A stretch of 64,000 bases of DNA from an uncultured Bacteriovoracaceae bacterium (GCA_964400685.1 CAYNVT010000001.1:41845-105844); one strand, 5' to 3'. Shown: positions 18,968 to 29,719, counted from the stretch's first letter. Program-made: numbers and translations. Notes: generated by a model from the sequence alone, not told the origin.

Positions 18968-19981
18968 TTAACAAATTCTTGGTACAAGCTCGCCGGTCGG
19001 CAGGCCTATTTCACGTGAACCACCGATTGCCGTCTTAAGTATGAGTCTCCCGCGGTCTGATGATTCTTCAACAGTCCCTATTAAAGCGGCATTCCTGCCG
19101 CATTGATTCGAACTCATAATTTCAAGGACAAGGCTTACTGATTTTTCAGGGCAGAATAAGGCAAATTTTCCTTCATTTGCCAGATAGAGCACATCCAGGC
19201 CAAAAATCTCACAGGTGCCCCTGACCTGCTCTTTCACGGGAATCAGAGATTCATTAATTATAATTGAGAGTCCTGACTGCTGGGCGATCTCTGCCAGAAT
19301 GGCTCCTAACCCGCCGCGCGTTGCGTCGCGCATACAATGAACATCAGGACAGGCCTCAAGTATCTTTTCGACAAGCTTGTTTAAAGGTGCCGAATCAGAC
19401 AGGATCTCCCCTTCAATACCCATACCTTCACGTACGCTCAAAATTGCAGTGCCATGATCTCCAATAGTGCCGTTTATAATTACGCAATCGCCCGGTCTTA
19501 TGCTTTTTATACCTATAGGGCTCTTGCAGACAATTGTCCCGATACCTGATGTATTTATGAATATACCGTCCGCAGCTCCTCTGGGGACTACCTTTGTATC
19601 ACCAGTGACGATTATCACCCCGGCCTTTTCCGCTGCTTCAGCCATGGAGGCAATGATTTTTTCGAGGTCTTTCATCGGAAAGCCTTCTTCAATGATAAAC
19701 CCCGCACTTATGAACAAAGGCTTCCCGCCGCACATTGAGATGTCGTTAACTGTTCCATGGACAGCAAGAGAGCCAATATTCCCGCCGGGAAAGAATACAG
19801 GCTGGACAACATATGAATCGGTGGAAAAGCAGAGTTTTATTCCCTTTACATCGAAAACCGCGCCATCTTCCAGTTTTTCCAGAAATTTATTTTTGAACAA
19901 TGGGAGAAATTTCTCGATGATCAGTTCATTGCCGAGAAGTCCACCGCCTCCGTGCTCGAGAAGTATCTTTTCATATTTCAT
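18968..19981 (-). CDS. hypE: hydrogenase maturation protein HypE
   Basis: 337 aa, AIR-synthase-like, ending in the canonical PRIC. Confidence 0.9.
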   Translation of the reverse strand: MKYEKILLEHGGGGLLGNELIIEKFLPLFKNKFLEKLEDGAVFDVKGIKLCFSTDSYVVQPVFFPGGNIGSLAVHGTVNDISMCGGKPLFISAGFIIEEGFPMKDLEKIIASMAEAAEKAGVIIVTGDTKVVPRGAADGIFINTSGIGTIVCKSPIGIKSIRPGDCVIINGTIGDHGTAILSVREGMGIEGEILSDSAPLNKLVEKILEACPDVHCMRDATRGGLGAILAEIAQQSGLSIIINESLIPVKEQVRGTCEIFGLDVLYLANEGKFALFCPEKSVSLVLEIMSSNQCGRNAALIGTVEESSDRGRLILKTAIGGSREIGLPTGELVPRIC

Positions 19982-20014
19982 TCTGCCTTCCTTTCCCGAA
20001 TGAGATTGTTAATC

Positions 20015-22306
20015 TTACGGGTACATGTGACGAACAGCAGCGCATACGGCCTGACCTAGTGAAATCCCGCCGTCGTTAGTAGGAACAAGTCTGTGATGAT
20101 ATACATCGAAGCCTTTTTTCTCAAGGAGATTTATCATGCCTTCAAGGAGCAGCCTGTTCTGGAAACACCCGCCGCTTAGGACAATTCTGTTTAAACTGTA
20201 TTTTTCCTTCAATCTGCATGTGACCGCGATTGACCCATGAACGATCGATGCATGAAAACGTCCTCCGACATCGGTTAGCGCCTCACTGGAAATTATATCT
20301 GAAACAATTTGCCTGATCATTGGAGTTGTCTGAAGAATTATCATGTCATCTTTTATGGCAATTTCGTATTCATATGGATCGGTTGAGCCCATATATGAAA
20401 CCGACTCCAGTTCCATTGCAGCCTGTCCCTCGAAGCTCACAGTGCGCCTCAAGCCGGCAAGCGCCGAAATGCCGTCGAACAGCCTTCCCATGCTTGATGT
20501 GAACGGGCTGTTGAGTCCTCTGCTCATGGATTTCTCAATAAGTGTGGTGGATGTTCCGCCTGGGATCAGTCCGAGCTTATCAGCATAAGATGGCCAATCA
20601 TTTCCGAATGCATTTTTTAAAAGGCTTACGGCAATGCGCCAGGGTTCACGGATTGCCTTTTCACCGCCTGGCAGTGTGAACAGGTTCAGATGTCCGGCGC
20701 GAATGAATTCTTTCTCGTCTGCAATAAGAAATTCACCACCCCATACTGTTTTATCTGTCCCGTATCCGGTCCCGTCAAAGGCAATTCCTATTACCTTGTC
20801 AGTAAGGTTATTTTCCGCCATGCAGCTCACAATATGTGCATGATGATGCTGAACTTTATAAAGAGGCTTGCCCATTGATTCGGCTATCCTTGTTGAATAG
20901 TAGCCGGGATGCAGATCACATGCGATGATGTCGGGCCTGCATTCAGTCATCTCCTGCATCAGATTAATACTCTGATGATAAAAGTCCCTGGCCTGCGGCG
21001 TTTCCATATCGCCGATATGAGGGCTCAGATAGGCGGCATTTCCCTTCAGAACGCATATAGTCGACTTCAGATGAGGTCCCATTGCCAGAACTTCAGGATA
21101 GTCTCTGTCAAGCATCACGGGTCTTGGCGCATAGCCGCGCGAACGCCTTATGATGCGGGGAGTTCCTGCTGCCATGAAAGAGACGGAGTCATCGCAGCGA
21201 ACAAGGATATCTCTGTTGTGCACAAGAAAGTAATCGGCTATCCCTTTGAGGCGCTCAAAGGCCTCCCTGTTTCCAGTGCAGATAGGTTCGTCAGTCTGGT
21301 TTGCACTGGTCATGACAAGCGCAGTAAAGCCTTTACTTAAAAGGAGGTGATGAAGCGGTGAATAAGGCAGCATGATTCCGAGACGCGATAGACCGGGTGC
21401 AACCAGTGAAGAAAGGCCGGATGTTTTTTTCTCAAGGAGCACTATGGGTCTCTGATGAGAAACAAGAAGTTTTTCTTCCTCACTGCTTATTTCGGCATAG
21501 AGCCTAGCCGTATCAAGATCCTTAACCATTATCGCAAGAGGTTTTTCTTCGCGGTATTTACGGGTTCTAAGTCCTGCAATGGCTTCATTACTCTCTGCAT
21601 CGACACAAAGATGAAACCCGCCGATGCCTTTGACCGCAATTATCTGCCCCGCTTTTAACAGTTCAACGGTTTTACCGATAGGGTCTGCATTTATTTCGAT
21701 GCCGTCTGGCTGAATAAGCTTCAGCTGCGGTCCGCAGACTGGGCAGGCATTCGGTTCCGCATGGAACCTCCGGTCGGCCGGGTTCTCATATTCTTTGCGG
21801 CATTCGGGACAAAGCTCGAAACATGCCATTGAAGTATTTTCCCTGTCATATGGAATGTCCCTGATGATCGTCAGTCTCGGTCCGCAATCAGTGCAGTTTA
21901 TGAAAGGATAGTGAAAGCGCCTGTTGCTGGGATCGAAGAGCTCCTTCAGGCATACCCCGCATGTGGAGATATCAGGAGTTATGTGGACATTCGTTTCGCC
22001 TGAACAATCGCTTGTAATAATCCTGAAATCATTTTCGCCGGTAGGAGACATTTCGGTTTCTTCAAATGAGGTTATGTCCGCCAGAAGCGGCAGTTCAAAT
22101 CCCAGTGCCTCTTTGAAAGATAGAATGGAACTATGAACTCCCTCAACCTCGGCGATTACTCCATCTGTGCGGTTCTGGACAAAGCCGGTAAGGCCTCTCT
22201 GAACGGCAAGCCTGTAAATAAACGGCCTGAACCCGACCCCCTGGACAATGCCGGAAAAGATGAATCTGATTCTAGTGAGCCCGGTTTTATCCAAATATTT
22301 CTCCAT
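20015..22306 (-). CDS. hypF: carbamoyltransferase HypF
   Basis: 763 aa: an acylphosphatase domain, two CxxC zinc fingers, and YrdC and Kae1-like domains. Confidence 0.9.
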   Translation of the reverse strand: MEKYLDKTGLTRIRFIFSGIVQGVGFRPFIYRLAVQRGLTGFVQNRTDGVIAEVEGVHSSILSFKEALGFELPLLADITSFEETEMSPTGENDFRIITSDCSGETNVHITPDISTCGVCLKELFDPSNRRFHYPFINCTDCGPRLTIIRDIPYDRENTSMACFELCPECRKEYENPADRRFHAEPNACPVCGPQLKLIQPDGIEINADPIGKTVELLKAGQIIAVKGIGGFHLCVDAESNEAIAGLRTRKYREEKPLAIMVKDLDTARLYAEISSEEEKLLVSHQRPIVLLEKKTSGLSSLVAPGLSRLGIMLPYSPLHHLLLSKGFTALVMTSANQTDEPICTGNREAFERLKGIADYFLVHNRDILVRCDDSVSFMAAGTPRIIRRSRGYAPRPVMLDRDYPEVLAMGPHLKSTICVLKGNAAYLSPHIGDMETPQARDFYHQSINLMQEMTECRPDIIACDLHPGYYSTRIAESMGKPLYKVQHHHAHIVSCMAENNLTDKVIGIAFDGTGYGTDKTVWGGEFLIADEKEFIRAGHLNLFTLPGGEKAIREPWRIAVSLLKNAFGNDWPSYADKLGLIPGGTSTTLIEKSMSRGLNSPFTSSMGRLFDGISALAGLRRTVSFEGQAAMELESVSYMGSTDPYEYEIAIKDDMIILQTTPMIRQIVSDIISSEALTDVGGRFHASIVHGSIAVTCRLKEKYSLNRIVLSGGCFQNRLLLEGMINLLEKKGFDVYHHRLVPTNDGGISLGQAVCAAVRHMYP

Positions 22307-22424
22307 TATTAAAAATGCAGGGTATCATTACAAAGCAGACCGCGAAGCGACGAAATTGAGGAGTGAAGCATACTCTTGACGTATGCTGCAAGGACGAGAT
22401 GAGGAGCGACAAAGGTATGCAAAG

Positions 22425-23084
22425 TTATGATGCCCTGAAAGTTTCAATCTGTTTGCTCAACCACTCAACCCAGGCCTGAAGTCCTTCGCCTGTTTTACAG
22501 GAGACCTCGAAGATTCTAAGCCCATTGTTCAGCCCGATGGCATCCCTCCTGGCCCTTTCGAGATCGAAGCTGACATATGGCATAAGGTCCATTTTGTTGA
22601 TTATCAGGACTTTCGACTCCTGAAACATGAGAGGATACTTTGCCGGTTTGTCAGCCCCTTCAGGGGTGCTCAGCACCATAGCCTTGAAATTCTCGCCCAT
22701 CTTGAATTCTGCCGGACATACCAGATTTCCCACATTTTCCACAATCAAAAGGTCTATTTCATCGAGGTTGAGGTCCGGGAATGCGTCCCTTATCATGTTT
22801 CCGTCCAGATGGCATGCGCTGCCAGTGTTTATCTGAACTGCAGGAATGCCGAGCGCTGCAACCCTGTCTGCATCATAGGTGTCCTGAATATCTCCCTCTA
22901 TCACAGCTATACGGTATCTGTCCTTCAGTGCAAGGATGGTCTTTTCGACAAGGCTTGTCTTGCCGGCCCCCGGTCCGCTCATGAGATTGATAACGAATAT
23001 CTTCTTTTCGTCGAAGATTCTCCTGTTTTCCAGTGCGATGCGTTCATTGGCATCCAGGACGTTTCTGACGACGGATATTTTCAT
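22425..23084 (-). CDS. hypB: hydrogenase nickel-incorporation GTPase HypB
   Basis: GPGAGKT P-loop with a CH..C region. The ATG at 23084 is preceded by GGAGG and overlaps the hypD stop; the longer ORF-track N-terminus is rejected. Confidence 0.85.
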   Translation of the reverse strand: MKISVVRNVLDANERIALENRRIFDEKKIFVINLMSGPGAGKTSLVEKTILALKDRYRIAVIEGDIQDTYDADRVAALGIPAVQINTGSACHLDGNMIRDAFPDLNLDEIDLLIVENVGNLVCPAEFKMGENFKAMVLSTPEGADKPAKYPLMFQESKVLIINKMDLMPYVSFDLERARRDAIGLNNGLRIFEVSCKTGEGLQAWVEWLSKQIETFRAS

Positions 23085-24187
23085 AGGGGGCCTCCTTGAT
23101 ATTTGTAGTATGACGAACATGTCCCCTCTGTTGAAACCATGCATGGCCCCAGTGGGTTGGCCGGTGTGCAGACATTTCCGAACAGCGGGCATTCAACAGG
23201 TGTTTTTATTCCTTTAAGTATATCTCCGCATGCGCAGCCTTTTATCTCCTGTGACCTGATAGAGGGAATATCGAAGCGGCTTAATGTGTCAAATGAGCGC
23301 AGAGCATCCTTTATGAAAAGTCCGCTGGCCCTTATTGTTCCAAGCCCGCGCCACTCTGAATCACCTGTTTCAAAGACGGCATCGATAAAGCCCCTTGCTT
23401 TCGGATTGCCTTCCCGGCACACACCCCTTTTGTATTGAATGGCTACATCCGGCCTGTTTTCATGAATTTGTTCAAGTATTAATGAAACTCCTTCGAGAAC
23501 GTCAACCGGCTCAAAACCTGTTATAACGGCAGGTCTTCCGGCATCTGCTATGAATCTGTAAGCTTCCGTCCCGAGCACGATGCTGACATGTCCCGGACAC
23601 ATGAATCCGTCAATATTAAGCCCAGGGTCGGATGCCAGGTTCATCATGGCAGGCGGTATTATTTTGTGAACCGACATTACGCTCAAGTTACTGATGCCAT
23701 TGTCTTTTGCCCGGATAATCATTGCTGCAATGGTAGGGGAGGTTGTTTCGAACCCTATTCCCATGAAAACAATTTCTTCTTCCGGATTGCTATAGGCGAT
23801 CTTCAGGCAATCAAGGGCGGATGAAACGACACGAATATCCGCACCATCGGCACGGAGTTTCTGCAGGCTTGCGCCTGCCGTTCCGGGCACTTTCATCATA
23901 TCGCCGAACGTTGTGAAAATGACGTTTTTTTGCGAAGCAAGCCATATTGCCCTGTCAACATCCGAAATAGGCGTTACGCATACAGGACAACCCGGGCCGG
24001 AAATCAGCCTGATATTTTCAGGCATGAGTTTCCTTATTCCGTATCTGCCTATTGACTGGGTATGGCTGCCGCAGACCTCCATTATTGTGATGGTCCTGCC
24101 GATTTTCAATGCGATAATACTAATCTTTTTTATAAGGGCTTTGGCAAGAGCGGGATTGCGGTATTCGTCAATATATTTCATTTTCAA
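23081..24187 (-). CDS. hypD: hydrogenase maturation factor HypD
   Basis: 368 aa with the CGxH, GPGCPVC and CPVC motifs. Confidence 0.9.
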   Translation of the reverse strand: MKMKYIDEYRNPALAKALIKKISIIALKIGRTITIMEVCGSHTQSIGRYGIRKLMPENIRLISGPGCPVCVTPISDVDRAIWLASQKNVIFTTFGDMMKVPGTAGASLQKLRADGADIRVVSSALDCLKIAYSNPEEEIVFMGIGFETTSPTIAAMIIRAKDNGISNLSVMSVHKIIPPAMMNLASDPGLNIDGFMCPGHVSIVLGTEAYRFIADAGRPAVITGFEPVDVLEGVSLILEQIHENRPDVAIQYKRGVCREGNPKARGFIDAVFETGDSEWRGLGTIRASGLFIKDALRSFDTLSRFDIPSIRSQEIKGCACGDILKGIKTPVECPLFGNVCTPANPLGPCMVSTEGTCSSYYKYQGGPL

Positions 24188-24398
24188 TTATTTCTTTTAA
24201 GGTATCGAGGCTTTCCTTTGCAAAGGCTTCATCCACCTTGTGCATGGCATATCCTGCATGGGCGATCACATAATCTCCGATTGTTACGTCTTCATCCATG
24301 AGGTCGAGGCTTACCTCCCGTTTAGTCCCGCCGATGTCTATTACTGCAAAGTTATTTTCATCAACTGATATGACTTTTCCCGGAAATGCTATGCACAT
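24168..24398 (-). CDS. hypC: hydrogenase assembly chaperone HypC
   Basis: 76 aa starting MCIAFPGKV. Confidence 0.85.
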   Translation of the reverse strand: MCIAFPGKVISVDENNFAVIDIGGTKREVSLDLMDEDVTIGDYVIAHAGYAMHKVDEAFAKESLDTLKEIIENEIY

Positions 24399-24414
24399 AT
24401 TAAATCTTTTCCTT

Positions 24415-24759
24415 TCATTCTACATCCATCTCTTCGAGTCTCAATTCTTCAATGCCGCCGGAAAGCATCACTTCATGGCTATTGCAAAGCGGGCAGACGG
24501 CTTCATATGAATTAACCGTAAAATCCCTGCTGCATGTCATGCAATATATAACCACGGGTTTTATGTCAAATTTGAGTTCGGCACCTTGTGCTATTGTATC
24601 TTCGGATAGTACCTCAAATGCAAAAGTGAGCGAAGCCGGTACTATGGTTGAGGCTTTTCCGAAAGAAAGGGTTATGCTTAAAACTTTATTGAAATTCTTT
24701 TCTGCTGCGTATTCTTTGATAATATCCAGGATAGACTGTACAAGCGACATCTCATGCAT
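24415..24759 (-). CDS. hypA: hydrogenase nickel insertion protein HypA
   Basis: MHEMSL start with CxxC...CxxC zinc motifs. The ORF-track N-terminal extension is rejected. Confidence 0.85.
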   Translation of the reverse strand: MHEMSLVQSILDIIKEYAAEKNFNKVLSITLSFGKASTIVPASLTFAFEVLSEDTIAQGAELKFDIKPVVIYCMTCSRDFTVNSYEAVCPLCNSHEVMLSGGIEELRLEEMDVE

Positions 24760-25243
24760 ACTTTGCCTCTGCCCTGATTCCGAGATATTCAAGCTCTTTT
24801 ATAAGCAGTCTTTCCATAACGGGCAAACTCTTTTTTAAATCCCGGGTCATTTGAAGACCCATTTCTTTGAATTCCTTCGGTATTATACAAAGGAAAACCA
24901 TATCCGGCAGGTCGCTAATCATTTCTGCCTTGATGAGTATATCGGAGAACTTCACTTCATGCGCGGATGTGGGAGGAGGTATCTTTGTGAGGAACTCTTC
25001 ATGTGTGAATCTGAATATGGAACCGGGTTCGTCATCGAGTTTTATGCAGTCGATCACTATCATGGTGTCGCTCCGGTCGAATATGTCTAGCAGAACATAG
25101 CCCATTACGCCGCCGTCGATTATTTCACAATTATCCGGCAGGATGTACCTGTCCTCAAAGTACCTGACAAAATGAACTCCGAAACCTTCATCGGCCAGGA
25201 GTATGTTCCCGAGGCCCAGGATTGTAATGTGTTTTTTGTCCAT
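24752..25243 (-). CDS. [NiFe] hydrogenase maturation endopeptidase (HyaD/HybD family)
   Basis: MDKKHITILGLGNILLADEGFGV. The start is ambiguous (25243, 25276 or 25294); the internal ATG best fits the family N-terminus. Confidence 0.75.
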   Translation of the reverse strand: MDKKHITILGLGNILLADEGFGVHFVRYFEDRYILPDNCEIIDGGVMGYVLLDIFDRSDTMIVIDCIKLDDEPGSIFRFTHEEFLTKIPPPTSAHEVKFSDILIKAEMISDLPDMVFLCIIPKEFKEMGLQMTRDLKKSLPVMERLLIKELEYLGIRAEAKYA

Positions 25244-25311
25244 CGCTTGGAATAAATGGAAGGAGAGTTGACCCATCCTTTCGCAAAGTCTCAATCATTC
25301 TTTCGTAATGA

Positions 25312-25968
25312 TTAGTGTTCATCTTTTTTGAAAAGCCTACCGCCGACCATTGAAGACAGTGTGCCTTCTTTAATGACTGCATCATACCAGAAAGCCATAT
25401 AAATATGGACCGGTATGAAAAGGATAAACAGCCAGGTGAAGATATGGTGCACATATCTGACAGTTGCGAGACCTCCCATCCATCCTGCGAGCGGCTTGAA
25501 TATTGAAGTGAAGCCCACCGAATAGTTGTTGCCCATGAGGGCGAGACCCGTGATCACGATAATTAGCCACATCACGATCAAGGCGCCATATGCAAGAGAC
25601 TGGAGCGGCCCGTAAAGGTATTTGTGTCCGGGCTTTTCCTCGGAGATGAAGGCGTAGAACTTTATCTGCTTCCAGAAATTCCCCCAGTCTGTCCAGGCCA
25701 GGAAGTCCTTCCAGTCCGCATGAAAGCGCGAGAAGAACATCATGTAAAGGCGCCATACGAGCGTAAAGCTCAGGATTATACCGAAGAGGATGTGCACATA
25801 GCGCACATGGCCCATCAGGAACTTGTCAATCGTCTCGCCTGCGCCTACCGAAAACGGGTCTGCAATATAGAACCCGGTCGGGATCAGTATGAAAATCGAC
25901 AACGCCATCAGCCAGTGGTTGGCCCTCATAGACAGAGACCATTCTTTAACCGCTACTCTCGTATCCAT
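25312..25968 (-). CDS. [NiFe] hydrogenase b-type cytochrome subunit
   Basis: 218 aa, four TM helices with the conserved histidines, HyaC/HupC-like. Confidence 0.85.
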   Translation of the reverse strand: MDTRVAVKEWSLSMRANHWLMALSIFILIPTGFYIADPFSVGAGETIDKFLMGHVRYVHILFGIILSFTLVWRLYMMFFSRFHADWKDFLAWTDWGNFWKQIKFYAFISEEKPGHKYLYGPLQSLAYGALIVMWLIIVITGLALMGNNYSVGFTSIFKPLAGWMGGLATVRYVHHIFTWLFILFIPVHIYMAFWYDAVIKEGTLSSMVGGRLFKKDEH

Positions 25969-25979
25969 GGTCTTCTACC

Positions 25980-27641
25980 TTATGTTACCTTGAATACTCT
26001 GACTTCGTTCATGTCGGTGTCGATCAGGTGAACGGCGCATGCCATGCACGGGTCGAATGAATGTATAGTTCTAAGGATTTCGAGCGGCTGTTCGATGTTC
26101 GCGAGTCTGGTCCCGATGAGGGCTTCCTCATACGGGCCTCTCTTGCCGTCCTTGTCTCTTGGAGAGCAGTTCCATGTAGATGGAACAATTGCCTGATAGT
26201 TTGCAATTCTGTGATCCTCAATCCTGATCCAGTGTCCGAGTGCTCCTCTGGGCGCTTCGGTGAGGCCTCTGCCTTTGCCTTCTTTCGGAACATCGCAGCG
26301 TGTACAGGTCCTGGTGTCACCGCTGGCAAGATTGCCTATCAGTTGGTTCACCCAGCCGTCGATCTTGTCTCCGATATAGACTGTCTCGATTCCCCTTGCT
26401 GCTGTTCTGCCCAGAGTTGAGAAGAGGGCGGCCACAGGAATGCCGGCGGTATTCAATGTATTGTCTATAAGCGGTTTTATTTCCTTATGACCCTGGGCAT
26501 ATGCCACGACTATTCTTGCAAGCGGACCGACTTCGTATGGATCGTTGTCGAAACGCGGGGCTTTGCACCATGAATATTTGCCGTCGCCGTCGAGATTGCC
26601 GTTCTTGTAGCCGGTATATTCAGGTTCTGTTGTTTCGACAAAGGGGTGCCCGCCATCGCCCTTATACCAGGAATGCGTGACTTCTTCGGTAATCTTGGTC
26701 TCGTCCAGATCCATAGGATGTGCTATGTCGGCAGCCTTTATCAGACCTTTCGGGAACAGAAGCTCATTCTCGCCGTCGTCAAGCGGGAACCCTCCGTAAG
26801 TAAGATAATTCTTTACGCCTGCGCCGATTCCGGCAACGCCTTCGTCCTTATAGTATGCCGCAGCCAGCAGCAGGTCGGGGATGTATGCGGTCTTTACGAA
26901 ATTGTTGAATTCATAGAGCCTGTATCTGTATGCCGCTATGCGGTCTGAGTCGAGGTCGGCACCGCAGGTTACGCCGCCAACCACAAGCGTCTGCGGGTGC
27001 GGATTTTTGCCGCCGAATATCGCCATCATCTGTGCACCCAACTTAGAGACCTGGAGTGCGTCAAGGTAGTGTGACGTGATAATGAGGTTTGCCTCAGGCG
27101 GCAGTTTGTAGGATGCGTTGCCCCAGTATGCGTTTGCAAAGGGTCCGAGCCTTCCGGATTCAACGAACTTTTTCAGTCTCTTCTGTACGGCTTCGTAATG
27201 TGTTGCCGAGCAGTTATAAGGGTTGTCACAGTAGGCGCGAGCCATCTCGACGGCTTTTTTAGGGTCTGCCGTAAGGCATTGAGTAATATCGACCCAATCT
27301 AGTCCATGGAGATGATAGAAATGCATGACATGGTCTGTGAGATACTGGGCGCCATGAATGAGGTTCCTTATTATGCGTGCGTTTGCAGGCGGTTTGATTT
27401 TGAATGCGTCTTCACATGCCTTGATGCTTGCCTCGTAATGGACATATGTACAAACCCCGCAGAAGCGCTGGACAATAAGTCCGGCATCTCTCGGGTCACG
27501 CCCATTGAGTATCTGCTCGATGCCTCGCCACAGCGTGATGCTGCTCCATGCATCCTTGATAACATTGTTCTCTACCTCGCATTCGATGCGAAGGTGGCCT
27601 TCAATCCTTGTAATCGGGTCAACGACTATTCTGGCTCCCAT
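25980..27641 (-). CDS. [NiFe] hydrogenase large subunit
   Basis: N-terminal RIEGH and a C-terminal DPCMACAVH nickel-binding motif. Confidence 0.95.
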   Translation of the reverse strand: MGARIVVDPITRIEGHLRIECEVENNVIKDAWSSITLWRGIEQILNGRDPRDAGLIVQRFCGVCTYVHYEASIKACEDAFKIKPPANARIIRNLIHGAQYLTDHVMHFYHLHGLDWVDITQCLTADPKKAVEMARAYCDNPYNCSATHYEAVQKRLKKFVESGRLGPFANAYWGNASYKLPPEANLIITSHYLDALQVSKLGAQMMAIFGGKNPHPQTLVVGGVTCGADLDSDRIAAYRYRLYEFNNFVKTAYIPDLLLAAAYYKDEGVAGIGAGVKNYLTYGGFPLDDGENELLFPKGLIKAADIAHPMDLDETKITEEVTHSWYKGDGGHPFVETTEPEYTGYKNGNLDGDGKYSWCKAPRFDNDPYEVGPLARIVVAYAQGHKEIKPLIDNTLNTAGIPVAALFSTLGRTAARGIETVYIGDKIDGWVNQLIGNLASGDTRTCTRCDVPKEGKGRGLTEAPRGALGHWIRIEDHRIANYQAIVPSTWNCSPRDKDGKRGPYEEALIGTRLANIEQPLEILRTIHSFDPCMACAVHLIDTDMNEVRVFKVT

Positions 27642-27668
27642 GATTTATCCTCCGGTTCCCGCTATCCG

Positions 27669-28886
27669 TCAGTGAGCAGAATGCTCTTCTTTTTTGTCAT
27701 CAGCCGCATTTTTCGGCTGACCATGATTTTTTGCCAGTGTAATTCCTGCATGTGTTGCAACACCGACGACCGTTGCGCCGAGGAGACCGGCGCCTATAAG
27801 GTCTACCGGTGCCTCAACTCCGCCCAGTCCGACCGGTTTATCTGCAAGAGGCTTTTCGAAGGGCGCCATTTTGTCCCAGAAATCGGGTTCCGTGCAGCCT
27901 ATGCAGCCGTGGCCCGCCATTACCGGCCAGCTTATGCCGTCATTGAATCTTGCCTTGGCGCAATTTGCGTATGTGTAAGGGCCTTTGCACCCGACTTTGT
28001 AAAGGCACCAACAGTTTAACTGGCCTTCATCGCCCCATTCCTGAACATACTCGCCTGCATCATAGTGAGGCCTTCTCTCACAGAAGTCATGGATGCGTTT
28101 GCCGTATCCGAACAAAGGCCTGCCAAGTGAATCACATGGCGGCAAACCCTTGAACAGAAGGAAATGAAGTAGAGTGCCAACAAAATTTGCCGGGTTCGGC
28201 GGGCATCCGGCAATATTTACGGTCGTTATGCCGATAACGTCACTTATGCTCTTCGCATCTGTCGGATTAGGTTTTGCCGCCGGTATGCCACCGAAAGAAG
28301 AGCAACTCCCAATGCAGATTGTCACTTTAGCATTGCCGCATACTTCTTTGGCTATTTCTTTGCCGGTCCTGCCTTTAGGGCCGAGTCTCATGAAGTCGCC
28401 ATTATGACCGACAGGAATGGAGCCTTCGACTACACATACATACTGGCCCTTGAGATTATTTACGCAGTCTTCAAGACATTTTTCAGCCTGATGGCCTGCT
28501 GCGGCCATAAGAGTCTCATGATACACAAGATCGATTGTATCGAGCAGGATGGAATCGACATTAGGGTAAGATGTTCTAAGGAATGCCTCTGAGCAGCCTG
28601 TACATTCTGCAAAGTGCAGCCAGACAACCGGAAGCCTGCTGATATTTTCAGCTGCCTTGGCCACCATCGGCTTGAACATCGGCGGCAGCATAAGCGCTGC
28701 TGTCATCGCAGTGGTCCACTTCACGAAATCTCTTCTGGATACGCCGCGTTCCTTCAGTTCTTCGGCCAGATTAAACCTTGCAGGTGGCAGAGAGGCGTCC
28801 ATTTCTTCCATGTGCACGCTGCACTTTTCCATGAGCTTTTGGTATTGTTCCTTTACATTCCGGTCGCAAACCTTTTTCCCTGCCAT
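27669..28886 (-). CDS. [NiFe] hydrogenase small subunit, Tat-exported
   Basis: SRRDFVKW twin-arginine motif, FeS cysteine clusters and a C-terminal TM anchor. A GAGGGGG RBS supports the ATG at 28886, giving a ~55-aa region before the RR motif. Confidence 0.9.
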   Translation of the reverse strand: MAGKKVCDRNVKEQYQKLMEKCSVHMEEMDASLPPARFNLAEELKERGVSRRDFVKWTTAMTAALMLPPMFKPMVAKAAENISRLPVVWLHFAECTGCSEAFLRTSYPNVDSILLDTIDLVYHETLMAAAGHQAEKCLEDCVNNLKGQYVCVVEGSIPVGHNGDFMRLGPKGRTGKEIAKEVCGNAKVTICIGSCSSFGGIPAAKPNPTDAKSISDVIGITTVNIAGCPPNPANFVGTLLHFLLFKGLPPCDSLGRPLFGYGKRIHDFCERRPHYDAGEYVQEWGDEGQLNCWCLYKVGCKGPYTYANCAKARFNDGISWPVMAGHGCIGCTEPDFWDKMAPFEKPLADKPVGLGGVEAPVDLIGAGLLGATVVGVATHAGITLAKNHGQPKNAADDKKEEHSAH

Positions 28887-29042
28887 ACCATAACCCCCTC
28901 TTTGTTATCAGGCATTTTTGAGTTAACCATCTGAGGAGCCATAAGCCGGAAAATTAATCAAGAGAAATGTTGAATTGTAATTTCCAGTGAAATAACAACT
29001 AGTTGATATATTATGAGTAAAATAACATAATAAAAAGAAAAT

Positions 29043-29072
29043 AAAAAAGGCTGCCTTCTGGCAGCCTTTTTT
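29043..29072. terminator. rho-independent terminator (fdh operon 3' end), bidirectional geometry
   Basis: aaaaaaGGCTGCCttctGGCAGCCtttttt. Confidence 0.75.
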
Positions 29073-29092
29073 AATCATTAAACTATTACAGT

Positions 29093-29719
29093 CTATTTGA
29101 TTTTGAATTTATTCTCGTATTCCTCAAGCCATCTGGGGCAGTGTGTATTGGCCCAGGCCTTGGTCACCCAGCCGGTGATCATTGCCTGAACCGTTCCAGG
29201 GTTTCCAATGGTTCCGAGATAGATATGTACCATAATGAAGGATGCAAGGACGAAAACCGCCCCGGCATGGAACATGAAGGCAAGTGCCCCGATTGTCGGC
29301 CCGAGAAGCAGAGGGTTCAGCATGATGAGCCCTGTTATGACGATTATCACGCCACAGACTACAAGGAACCAGAAGAAGCCTTTCTGGCCCGCATTATATT
29401 TGTAGACAGGAGGGAGATTCTTTGCCTCCCAGAGATATCCTCCGCCCTGGAGTATCCAGCCCAGGTCATCTTTCTCGAACTTGCAGTCCTTGCTCCACTT
29501 CCAGTAGGCCCAGGCAAGTGCCATGCCGAAAATTATCCCGGAAAAGATATGCAGCCATTTTGTCGCGTAATATCCACCAAGAATCGTAGGTATTATGCTC
29601 CAATGGTGGAACATAAGGCCAAGCCCGGATATTACACAGAACAGGCAGCTTGCAGCCAGAGTCCAGTGGCCGAGCCTTTCCCATCCGTCGGTTATTCTTA
29701 CTTTGTTGTCGTTAGACAT
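29093..29719 (-). CDS. fdnI: formate dehydrogenase cytochrome b556 (gamma) subunit
   Basis: 208 aa with KYNAGQK and a C-terminal HCPRWLEEYE, matching E. coli FdnI. Confidence 0.85.
   Translation of the reverse strand: MSNDNKVRITDGWERLGHWTLAASCLFCVISGLGLMFHHWSIIPTILGGYYATKWLHIFSGIIFGMALAWAYWKWSKDCKFEKDDLGWILQGGGYLWEAKNLPPVYKYNAGQKGFFWFLVVCGVIIVITGLIMLNPLLLGPTIGALAFMFHAGAVFVLASFIMVHIYLGTIGNPGTVQAMITGWVTKAWANTHCPRWLEEYENKFKIK

Noticed and set aside
22350-22386. Shared 11-mer gaggagtgaag between the hypB-hypF spacer and the 60206 inverted repeat, plus a weak 6-bp hairpin GCATAC-N7-GTATGC
   Set aside because: The 11-mer match is short and purine-rich, plausibly chance. The hairpin has a short stem with no U-tract, so there is insufficient evidence for an element.
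27306-28019. Long antisense ORFs inside the hydrogenase and formate dehydrogenase genes (e.g. 27306..28019 +, 26061..26420 +, 29141..29746 +, 31662..32033 +)
   Set aside because: These overlap strongly conserved, well-supported genes on the opposite strand. They have no RBS and an odd, Cys/Arg-rich composition. They are shadow ORFs of GC-richer coding DNA.
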